Assembly (NCBI RefSeq): GCF_000020025.1 | Contig: NC_010628.1 | Location: 3,300,001 to 3,332,000 of the forward strand | DNA from: Nostoc punctiforme PCC 73102 | GTDB lineage: Bacteria > Cyanobacteriota > Cyanobacteriia > Cyanobacteriales > Nostocaceae | DNA: 32,000 nucleotides | Direction of reading: 5' to 3' | Shown here: one piece after another, positions 1 to 9,400 of the stretch | Layout: each line of letters opens with the position of its first letter | Numbering within the stretch: the first letter of the stretch is position 1 | The notes under the pieces: model-generated | The model's input: the letters and a program-made list of their open reading frames with translations, nothing else | The model's database searches: none | What the model was told of the DNA's origin: nothing | Translations under genes and position numbers: made by a program

Positions 1-1619
1 AAAGTTTGGTAAAAGTCAAGGGTGGTATATTGCAAGCATCTAGTCAGCATTACTACTCAGGATTCAGCACCAAAGAATCAGCAGTATTACTCGCTAGGGC
101 TATTGAACAATCCCGCAGTTTAGGGGACAAGCGGGCAGAAGCATACTCACTAAAGAGTTTAGGCGGCTTGTATGAAGAAACCGGACAATTGTCATACGCG
201 CAAGAGCTTACCCGGCAAGGATTAGCTTTAGCACAGAGCAGCAATGCACCAGAAATCACCTACACCTTAGAGTGGCAGTTAGGTAGATTACTGCGGGCAA
301 AAAAAGATATGAATGGTGCGATCGCAGCCTATGATGCTGCTGTAAACACTCTCCAATCCCTTCGCAGAGATTTAGTAGTCAATAAAGACGTAGTTAACCA
401 GGATGTACAATTCAACTTTCGGGACAGCGTAGAACCCATCTACCGAGAGTCAGTAGAGTTACTACTAAAATCCCAAGCAGGAAAACCAGATGAAAAAATA
501 TTGGAGAAAGCACGCCAACGCATTGAAGCACTCCAACTAGCAGAATTGGACGACTTCTTTCGAGAAGCTTGCCTACAAGGAAAGAGAGTAGCTCTCGATC
601 AAATAGTGAATAAAGATAATCCTACGGCTGCCATCCTTTATCCAATTATTCTTCCTGACGAACTTCAGGTAATTGTCAAAATTCCCAAACAACCCCTGCA
701 AAGCTACACTACTCAGATTTCTCATACAGAAGTAGAGAAATTGTTAGTAGAACTGCGAAAAAATCTTGTCAATCCCACCGCTACCAAAGTCGTCCAAACC
801 CAGGCGCATGAAGTTTACAACTGGCTGCTTCAACCCATTGAGTCAAAATTGCAAAACAGTGGGGTAGATACCCTAGTGTTTGTTCTAGATGGTTCGTTAC
901 GCAATTTACCAATGGCAGCTCTATATGATGGTAAGCAATATTTGGTAGAGAAATATGCAATTGCTCTGAGCGTGGGTCTGCAACTCCTCGATCCTAAACC
1001 ACTGGTAAAACAGCAGCTAAGAGCGCTAACCGCAGGACTGACTCAGCCACCACCAGGTTTTTCTAAGTTTGCACCGTTGCTTGCGATCAAATCTGAATTC
1101 GACGGCATTACCAAAGCAGGAGTCTCGACAACTAGTTTACTAGATGGAAATTTTAAGAAAAAGAATTTAGAGGGTGAAATTAGTGCCGCTTCATTCAACA
1201 TAGTGCATTTAGCAACCCACGGTCAGTTTAGTTCCCGCATTGAAGACACTTTTATTTTGGATTTCGATGGTCAGATCAATGTCAAAGATTTTGATACTCT
1301 TTTTCGCAGTCAGGGTAAAACTATAGTAGAGTTACTAGTTTTGAGTGCTTGCCAGACAGCAGCAGGAGACAGCCGCGCAGCACTGGGCCTTGCAGGAGCA
1401 GCTGTCCGAGCTGGCGCACGCAGTACCATCGCCTCACTGTGGCAGATTGATGATGAATCCACGGCAATGTTTGTTAGTGCCTTCTATCGAGAACTCAAAA
1501 GTGGCAAAACCACCAAAGCCAAAGCTGTCCACCGTGCCCAGCTACAACTGCTGCAACACCCTAACTACAAAGCACCAAGCTTTTGGTCTGCCTATGTGTT
1601 GATTGGCAATTGGTTGTAA
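1..1619 (+). CDS. CHAT domain-containing protein (caspase-like fold) with TPR-like repeats; 5' end cut by the window edge
   Basis: The frame is open from the window start to TAA at 1617-1619. TPR-like helical repeats occur early (AEAYSLKSLGGLYEETGQLSYAQELTRQGLALA). CHAT-type His and Cys motifs IVHLATHGQF and LVLSACQTAAG lie in the C-terminal half. Confidence 0.85.
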   Translation, partial: SLVKVKGGILQASSQHYYSGFSTKESAVLLARAIEQSRSLGDKRAEAYSLKSLGGLYEETGQLSYAQELTRQGLALAQSSNAPEITYTLEWQLGRLLRAKKDMNGAIAAYDAAVNTLQSLRRDLVVNKDVVNQDVQFNFRDSVEPIYRESVELLLKSQAGKPDEKILEKARQRIEALQLAELDDFFREACLQGKRVALDQIVNKDNPTAAILYPIILPDELQVIVKIPKQPLQSYTTQISHTEVEKLLVELRKNLVNPTATKVVQTQAHEVYNWLLQPIESKLQNSGVDTLVFVLDGSLRNLPMAALYDGKQYLVEKYAIALSVGLQLLDPKPLVKQQLRALTAGLTQPPPGFSKFAPLLAIKSEFDGITKAGVSTTSLLDGNFKKKNLEGEISAASFNIVHLATHGQFSSRIEDTFILDFDGQINVKDFDTLFRSQGKTIVELLVLSACQTAAGDSRAALGLAGAAVRAGARSTIASLWQIDDESTAMFVSAFYRELKSGKTTKAKAVHRAQLQLLQHPNYKAPSFWSAYVLIGNWL

Positions 1620-1850
1620 TTTGGGCACTTGGGCTCATACAGAGCATGGGAATGGCTGATTAAAGGCAATACTTGTCGGGTTTTGGGGAAAAGGGGAAGA
1701 TGGGGTCCCCTCTGGGGATAAGGGGCGGGGGAAAGGAAAGAAAAAGCCTTTACAGCGCTTCCGGCTATTATGCAATACAGTTTTTCTCCTTGCCCTCTCC
1801 TATCAAAGCTTTCAGATTTGAGGATGTACCTCATAGCTGCCGGAAGTGCT

Positions 1851-3310
1851 GTAACCCTCTTCTGTCACTCTCCGGAATAACCAATTAGTAAAGAAGCTAA
1901 ATCATCCAGAAGCAAAACAGGGTTTAAATTGATTCATTGCGGCAATTAAATGATTGAATCCCAGTAACAAATCTGAATTTGGGAAAATACTTAACCAGGG
2001 ATAAATTAACCAAAATAGTAAAAGTGGTTGGATAATAAGACGCAAATTATTTAAAGTATTCTTCCATCCAGATTCATGATTCCATTGTGGATGATTAGAA
2101 AAATCAACATCACTATTTTCTTGTGCGTCAGTCTCAAGTTGACGAGATTGATTGAAGCCTAAGAAGACTGGAGAATTTAAACTAATCATTGTATAAACAC
2201 TAAAAATAATCTCCCACCATCTCTCAATATGTAGGAAATTAGTGAAACGGTAATCTGTCCAGCCTAGTTCCTGTTTACACTGTCTAAACCCATATTCAAC
2301 CCAGGTTCTTAATCCATATAATTCCCCTAAATTCTTCTTCAAATTTCCTTGAAGATTCGTCATTACAAAGGAGGTAGAATTTTCAGGCATGGTTTCTGGG
2401 TCGGTAGTTATTTCCCAGTAAGTTGTGGCTCTTTTTTTGCCATAAATTATTTCTCTAATATACCTAGTCTCTGATTTTTCATTACTAAATGTTCTCTCAA
2501 ATTTACACCACTTATTAGCCCTAACCCTCTGACTGGCTGGCAGCCAGACCGCATGATTACAACGAAATCGCTACAACATAAGCTAATTTATATTCAGTTA
2601 ATTTTTGAATGAATTGGCTACTTTCGCCATATAAACTATCAGCCAGCACCAATTCAATATTAAAGCCTGATTCAATTAATTCTGTAATAATTTCTGATGC
2701 TAACTCTATTTTCGTTTTGTATTTATCTGATTCTTTTAGCGTTCCTTTAGGTTTAAATATTTTTATACTTAATGGAAATGTTATTTTACAATAAACTCCA
2801 TAGGCATTGACTGTAACTATTCCATTATCTATTTTTCCTACACTCCCTAGATATTGTCTTGCTACATAATCGGTCTTTTTACCTTTTTTTCTATCTCCTG
2901 TTTCATCTATTACTACGGTAATGGCATTTCCATTTAATGCTCTCTTGATTTGATTTAATCTTCGGAGCTTTAATTCATTTATTGACCAATTTGAATTAGC
3001 TATAAAATGATGTAATGACGCTCGCTGAGTTGATACTCACAACCTTAGCTATTTCTGGTAATGATTTTCTTTTTATTGGTGAAATTATTCCTAAATGTAA
3101 ATATTTGAAACACTCATAATTTCTTACTTCTTTGAATAAGTCTTTATACTCTGCACAATATCCATCTACGATTGCAACTGTTGGGTGGGCATCTCTTGCC
3201 AAATGTTTTAGGATCTGTAATTCTACATCCATTGCCCTGCTTACCTTCCAGAGTTTTTTCTTTTAATCTTTTTATTAAGAATACTCGGAAAGTGACAGAA
3301 GAGGGGTAAC
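1851..3310 (-). mobile_element. IS4/IS701-superfamily insertion sequence (about 1.46 kb) with a decayed transposase
   Basis: Imperfect roughly 29-bp terminal inverted repeats: gtaaccctcttctgtcactctccggaata (1851-1879) against the reverse complement of 3281-3310 (gttacccctcttctgtcactttccgagtat). They enclose a DDE transposase reading frame on the minus strand. No clear target-site duplication was seen. Confidence 0.7.
1902..3232 (-). pseudogene. IS4/IS701-like DDE transposase, disrupted by two +1 frameshifts
   Basis: Three minus-strand frame segments join into about 443 aa: MDVELQILKHLARD...; then STQRASLHHFIANSNWSINELK...VVIDETGDRKKGKKTDYVARQYLGSVGKIDNGIV...LADSLYGESSQF...; then NHAVWLPASQ...YGLRTWVEYGFRQCKQELGW. 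The last carries the Y-2-R-3-E-6-K signature. The frame changes fall near 3028-3034 and at the T3/A3 run 2565-2567. Confidence 0.8.
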
Positions 3311-4338
3311 CTTAAACCTTTTCCCCAAACCCAATGCCGAGTTAAAAATGGTTAATCGAGCAGTATTGGCGGTTGGGGGATCTCTTATACGTCAGTCCTA
3401 TGAAGTTACTGGTATCAACATCCGCCCATTTATAAAACGCCTATCTCCTGAAAATTTGAAATAGCTGTAAATATTATGAATGTTTGCGATCGCTATTTTT
3501 ATTGCTAAATATCTAAGTCAAACTACACCAAAATATTCTTATAGATTTCTCTGAATTTCAGAAAGCTTTGGCTCAATTACCTGGTTAGCTCTCAACGAAG
3601 ATAAAATCAATCATATTAAACATGGTTTGGTATTAGCTTGTTTAGGAGATGCAGGCAATTTTACTTGTAAAAAAAGTCGCTGAAATTGATAAAGCTGCTT
3701 GGTTTTCAATTTATTCGATGGTCAGTTATTATTCTCAAATCACCTGATTTACCACAGAAATATATTTATATTTTGAAACTTTCCATACGATTATACTGGT
3801 GATTACAACACCACTAGTATTATTTTTTACGGACACCAAGGTAAAATTATATACTTAAAACTTTACAGTAAGAATTTTCGTCTTTACTTCAATAAATCCA
3901 GCTATAAAACATTCTCTTAAAATCAACTACTGAGATTGCAGCAGTTTTGAATAATAAAATTAAAAAAAATAATTTATTTAAGTCGTAATTTTACGGTTTT
4001 TAATGACTAATCTTTAAAGTTACGATATTACCAAAGGTGGTAAAAGTAACAGTACTTTTGTATGTACTTTATTACATCATCAAAAAATAGTTGAGCTTGA
4101 GCTTCCGTTAGCTATTTATACAAATTCGATCGGAGTTCTCAGAACATTTTCTGCCACAGTTTATGAGGTGCGTTGTCTATTATGATAGCGATTACAATTG
4201 CTGTGGCAGCATTTTAAGCTAACAAACTTTCTGGCTTTCTCAATAAGCGCTCTCTCAGGCTTTTGCCTGAGTACTGCTATGGCTGGCTGGATAACCAAGT
4301 CGGTTACAAAAACGTTGTCTATCGTTAGGAATATAGAA

Positions 4339-5082
4339 ATGAAATCAATTCTTGAGTTGATTGAACAGAAGAACCAGGAATATGCCAAGTTACCGTTCTT
4401 TGAGTATATGAAAGACGAGTCCATTGATCCACGCCAGAGACTGGCATTTGCACCTGTAATTGCTCCACTGGCATTGGAGTTCAGTGAGTTGTGCAAACGA
4501 GTTCTCAGAGAGGAGCCAACGACTAATTACATTCAAGAGATGGTAAATCTGCATACGCACGAAGAACATTTTCACTGGCAATGGTTACTAGAAGACATGG
4601 AGAAGATGGGGATTGACTATCCTATGCGTTTCAGTGATGCCGTGCGATTCCTTTGGAGCGATCATACCAAGGTTTCCCGTTCGATGTTTCCTATCTTTGA
4701 GCGGTATACTCGGGGAGCAGATCCTATCATCAGATTGGTTGCCATTGAGGTGTCCGAGGTGACGGCGAATGTTTTTTTCCGTTCAACCATGTCTGCGGCC
4801 TTGCAACTGCAAGAAATGACTCAAACAGAGTTCCGTTACTTTGGTATGCGTCATAACCATATAGAAAATACCCACACTCTTCATACTCCCTCTTCTTTGC
4901 AAATAATGAAAGAAATTGAGGTGCCGGAAGAAATTCGTCAACAAGCACTTGAATTGATTGATGTGGCGTTTGTGTATTTTACAGACTTGATCAATGAGTT
5001 TTTGGTTTATATTAAGACCCATTCTTATCAAGAACCCTTTTCTAAAGTGTACGAACCAGAGCGATCGCTAACATCTGCCTAA
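4339..5082 (+). CDS. Heme-oxygenase-like fold, iron-containing redox enzyme family protein (putative diiron HDO-type)
   Basis: The ORF is 4198-5082. The start is most plausibly ATG 4339, with AGGA 9 nt upstream; the upstream 47 codons look non-genic. Two metal-ligand-like motifs, HTHEEHFHWQWLLEDMEKMG and EVSEVTANVF...FRYFGMRHNHIENTH, match the E/ExxH-type pattern of PF14518-like proteins as I recall it. Confidence 0.6.
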   Translation: MKSILELIEQKNQEYAKLPFFEYMKDESIDPRQRLAFAPVIAPLALEFSELCKRVLREEPTTNYIQEMVNLHTHEEHFHWQWLLEDMEKMGIDYPMRFSDAVRFLWSDHTKVSRSMFPIFERYTRGADPIIRLVAIEVSEVTANVFFRSTMSAALQLQEMTQTEFRYFGMRHNHIENTHTLHTPSSLQIMKEIEVPEEIRQQALELIDVAFVYFTDLINEFLVYIKTHSYQEPFSKVYEPERSLTSA

Positions 5083-5098
5083 GCTATCTGCTCAATTT

Positions 5099-6148
5099 TC
5101 ATTCGGCGACGGTAAAAGGCTTTGACTCTTTTACCGTCGTTTCTTTCACGGTGACAGCTACTATATAAACAGCATTGCGCTCTTGCTGAATTGGTTGAAT
5201 TGCTCCATCATAGTCAGTGGCTCGACTCATCAAGCTATATTGTCCTGGCGTTGGTGGAGTCCATTGAAACGTGAATCGTTGCCAGGCATATTGCAACCGT
5301 GCTTCAACTTCGACAGCTTGCCAGGTGATGCCACCATCTGTACTAACATCCACCGACTGGATACCCTTGGATGCCCAGGCCCAGCCCGAAAATGTTTGAG
5401 GTTGAAGGTATAATAGTTCATTTTGGGAAGGATGAACAATTACAGACTCCGGTGCAACTTCCCAAACGGGTTTTAAAGTCGCATCATCCCCTCCAACTCG
5501 ATCGTTATAGAAAGTTGTTGTAAAGGGCCCTGGCGATCGCCGATCTGTGACATAAATATGTGAGAGCCACTTTACAAAGTTAGTGCCATAGTAGCCTGGA
5601 ACCACCAACCGCAAAGGAAAACCCCGCTCTGCTGACAGAAACTCACCGTTCAGCTTGTACGCTAGCAGCACATCATTATCCAATGCTTTTGCGATCGGAA
5701 TATCTTTAATATATGAATCGCTAGAAACTCCCTCATAAGCACCGCGATCGGTTCCGGCAAACCAGACATAACGAGCTTCAGGTTTAACTTGCAATTGATT
5801 AAGAATTTCTCTAAGGGAAACTCCACCCCATGTAACATTACTAATGGTTCTTGTCGGGACTTTCGGTTCAAGCGGATTGCCTGAACATTGGTGGAAAATA
5901 GTTAATTCACGATACTCCAGACTCAGCAAATTCTGATATGACAACTCAAGACTTTGCTCTACTAATCCCGAAATTTTCAACCTCCATTGCTCTATGTCAA
6001 TGTCTGGAATTCCCAGATGACAAAGAACGAACAGATGGTTTTCAGGAGTAATAAAAGACTTGAGATCGTGAACACCCAGTGGAAACTTTGCAATCATTCC
6101 CACATAGTTCATGCTCTGATCTTCTAAAGATTGATCGAACTCATTCAT
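5099..6148 (-). CDS. Molybdopterin-dependent oxidoreductase, sulfite oxidase family (Moco domain + Ig-like dimerisation domain)
   Basis: 349-aa ORF with a Moco-Cys motif region IFHQCSGNP, the segment GFPLRLVVPGYYGTNFVKWL, and a C-terminal Ig-like segment WAWASKGIQSVDVSTDGGITWQ. Confidence 0.85.
   Translation of the reverse strand: MNEFDQSLEDQSMNYVGMIAKFPLGVHDLKSFITPENHLFVLCHLGIPDIDIEQWRLKISGLVEQSLELSYQNLLSLEYRELTIFHQCSGNPLEPKVPTRTISNVTWGGVSLREILNQLQVKPEARYVWFAGTDRGAYEGVSSDSYIKDIPIAKALDNDVLLAYKLNGEFLSAERGFPLRLVVPGYYGTNFVKWLSHIYVTDRRSPGPFTTTFYNDRVGGDDATLKPVWEVAPESVIVHPSQNELLYLQPQTFSGWAWASKGIQSVDVSTDGGITWQAVEVEARLQYAWQRFTFQWTPPTPGQYSLMSRATDYDGAIQPIQQERNAVYIVAVTVKETTVKESKPFTVAE
5107..5147 (+). 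terminator. Putative intrinsic terminator for the 4339-5082 gene, embedded in the 3' coding end of the convergent gene
   Basis: A perfect 12-bp stem, cgacggtaaaag (5107-5118) with cttttaccgtcg (5128-5139), has a 9-nt loop and is followed by tttctttc (5140-5147) on the plus strand. Confidence 0.45.
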
Positions 6149-6421
6149 TTAAGCAACCTGCCATTAACGATTTTTCAAACATTTTTTTATAATAGTAGTT
6201 GTACAAAAATACACGCAGTAGACACAAAGCGCCTACTCTACAAGAATGCCAAAGGCGAACCCCCAGGGTATCGCCCTTAGATGAACAGTATTGAACTATA
6301 CCGGGTTAAGCTAAATCAACCGATTTTTTTGATTTTTTACCTTCAGAAAATTACATCATGAATTGTGATACTTCGAGTTAATTGGGGAAAACTGAACTCA
6401 GGTTATCCAGTCGCAAGCTTT

Positions 6422-9400
6422 ATGGTAGAAAATCGAGTTGATGTTCCCGGTTATGGGATTGGTGAAAGAATTTATACCAGCACTCGTACCCTGGTTTACC
6501 GAGGTTGGCGAGAAGCCGATCAAACCCCTGTTGTGATCAAACTTCTGAAAAATTCTTATCCCAGTGTGATTGAGTTGGCTCAATTCAGGAATCAGTACTC
6601 AATTACGAAAATCTTAAATGTTCCTGGGGTTGTTCGGATTTATAGTCTGGAAAATTGTCAAAATCGACCCGCCTTGATTTTAGAAGATTTTGGCGGAATT
6701 TCTTTGAAGGAGTACACTGCTTTTAGAAGGAAAGGACTCGGTGAGATTGGAAATCAGGAAAATTCTTCATCTCTGCATCCTGATTTTTTGACTGAGTTTT
6801 TACAGATTGCGATCGCACTTGCCGATATTCTGGCCGATCTCTACCATCACGAAATCATCCACAAGGATATTAAACCCGCCAATATCCTGATAAACCCTAC
6901 CACAAAGCAGGTCAAACTCATTGACTTTAGCATTGCTTCACTGCTACCAAGAGTTAACCAACTTTCAACCAGCCCGACTGTTTTAGAAGGAACTCTCGCC
7001 TATCTCTCTCCCGAACAAACCGGGCGAATGAATCGGGGGATTGATTATCGCACTGACTTCTATTCTCTCGGAGTCACTTTCTATGAACTCTTAACTGGGC
7101 AATTGCCATTTCAATCGGATGATTTGATGGAATTGGTGCATTGTCACATAGCAAAACAACCACCACTTTTAAATGATAGAGGAGAGATTCCCCAAATTCT
7201 CTGTGATATCGTCATGAAATTGATGGCGAAGAATGCTGAAGATCGCTATCAGAGTGCATTAGGACTAAAACACGATCTGCAAATTTGTTTGGATCAATTG
7301 CAGTCAAGTGGAAATATTACCCCATTTCGGCTAGGGCGCAGGGACGTTTGCGATCGCTTTGCGATTCCCGAAAAACTCTATGGACGGGAAACAGAAGTGG
7401 CCATGCTGCTAGCAACTTTTGAACGGTTGCGCCAGGGAACTTCTGAAATGATCCTGGTAGCAGGTTCCTCTGGTATTGGCAAAACTGCAATTGTCAACGA
7501 AGTTCACAAACCAATCACCCGTCAGCGTGGATACTTTATCAAGGGCAAATTCGATCAATTTAATCGGAATATTCCCTTTTTTGCTTTGGTGCAAGCGTTT
7601 CGAGACTTAATGGCACAACTGCTGACAGAGAGTGATGCTCAAATTGACCAGTGGAAGACTCAAATTTTATCTACCTTGGGTGAAAGTGGTCAAGTAATTA
7701 TTGAGGTGATTCCAGAACTCGAACGAATCATTGGGAAACAGCCCTCACTCCCGGAATTATCGGGTAGTGCTGTTCAAAGCCGCTTCAATTTGCTGTTTCA
7801 GAAATTCATTCAAGTATTTACAACCCAAGAGCATCCTCTAGTTATTTTCCTTGATGATTTACAGTGGGCAGACTCGGCTTCTTTAAAACTGATGCATCTG
7901 TTGATGAGTGAAGCCAGCAACTCTTATTTATTAGTCATTGGAGCTTATCGGGATAATGAGGTTTTCTCTGCACATCCCCTGATGTTGACCATTGAGGAAA
8001 TGCGTCAAGAGGCGATTACAGTTAGTAATATTCTTCTTTCTGCCCTTACCGAAACCGACCTAAATCAACTGATTGCAGATACCCTCAAATATTCAACAGA
8101 ACAAGCAACTGCGATCGCCAATCTGGTGTATCAAAGGACTAAAGGTAATCCATTTTTCACGAACCAGTTTCTTAAGTCGCTGCATGAAGATGGGCTAATC
8201 GCCTTTGCCAGCAGAACAGGAGATTGGCAGTGCAATCTGGTTAAAATCCGGGCGCTGTCTTTTACAGAAGATATTGTCGAGTTTGTGGCGCTGCAACTCC
8301 ACAAATTACCACCGCAGACTCAGGATGTTCTCAAATTGGCTGCTTGTATCGGCAATCAGTTTGATTTAGAAACTATATCAGTTGTCTATCAAAAATCTCC
8401 AGTCCAAACCGCAGCAGATTTGTGGCCAGCCCTCAAGGATGAATTGATCTTACCCAGTGGGGAAGGGTATACATTCTTTCAGGATGAGTCTGTTGTCATG
8501 GATGATTTGACAAATGACAACACACCAATAATTATTACCTACAAATTTTTCCACGATCGCATTCAACAAGCCGCTTATTCACTAATTCCGGACTATCAAA
8601 AACCAGCAACTCACCTAAAGATTGGTCAATTGCTGTTGAGCAATACCCCGGAAACTGAGCAAGAATTGCTGATTTTTGAAATTGTCAATCAATTGAATAT
8701 TGGCATAGAACTGATCGCATCTCAAACCGATCGCGAACGACTGGCACAACTCAACCTGCTGGCAGGAAAAAAAGCCAAATCTTCCACAGCTTACCAGGTA
8801 GCAATTGAGTATTTAACTACCGGGATTCGTTTATTGAGATCCGACTGTTGGCAAAGTCAATATGAATTAACTCTGGCATTGCACGAATCAGCCGCCGATG
8901 CTGCTTATCTTAGTGGCGCGTATGAACAGATGGAAAAATTGACTCAAACAGTCATCCAGCAAGCCAAAACTCCACTGGATCAAGTCGGCATTTACGAAAC
9001 CAAAATCCAGGCATATACAGCTAAAAATGATGTGCTGGGGGCGATCGCGATCGCGCGTCAGGGAATGAGTAAATTCGGCGTGGTTTTCCCAGAAACACCC
9101 ACCCCACAAGACATTCAGCAAGCCCTGCAAGAAACTGCTAATCTGATTAACGGTCGTGATATTGCAGAATTGGTTGACTTACCTGTGATGGTAGCCGCAG
9201 AGAAGCTAGCTGTCACCCGAATTGTGGCAAACGTTGCTCCAGCCGTTTACATTGCCGATCCTAATCTGTTTCCACTACTGGTTTTGTCTCAAGTCCAAGC
9301 ATCCATTGAGTATGGCAATGCTCCATTTTCTGCCTTTTGTTATGGCTGTTATGGCATTCTGTTGAGCGGAATTCTTCAGGATATTGAAACAGCCGATCGA

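Noticed and set aside
1592-1888. ORFs 1592-1834 (minus) and 1673-1888 (plus) after the CHAT gene
   Set aside because: They overlap each other within a G-run and inverted-repeat-rich intergenic/MITE-like segment, and their translations are Gly/Pro/Lys low-complexity. They are most likely non-coding.
2609-2794. Plus-strand 61-aa ORF inside the IS
   Set aside because: It is antisense to the clearly recognisable transposase reading frame (VVIDETGDRKKGKKTDY… on the minus strand).
4198-4338. N-terminal extension of the HDO-like ORF (start at 4198)
   Set aside because: The first 47 codons overlap an AT-rich leader and an antisense ORF, and they have no family-like sequence. ATG 4339, with an upstream AGGA, begins the conserved part.
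6365-6421. GTG 6365 as the start of the large kinase
   Set aside because: It is possible, but the family normally starts a few residues before the (V/I)PGY motif, and ATG 6422 provides that. I kept it as an alternative, not as a separate feature.
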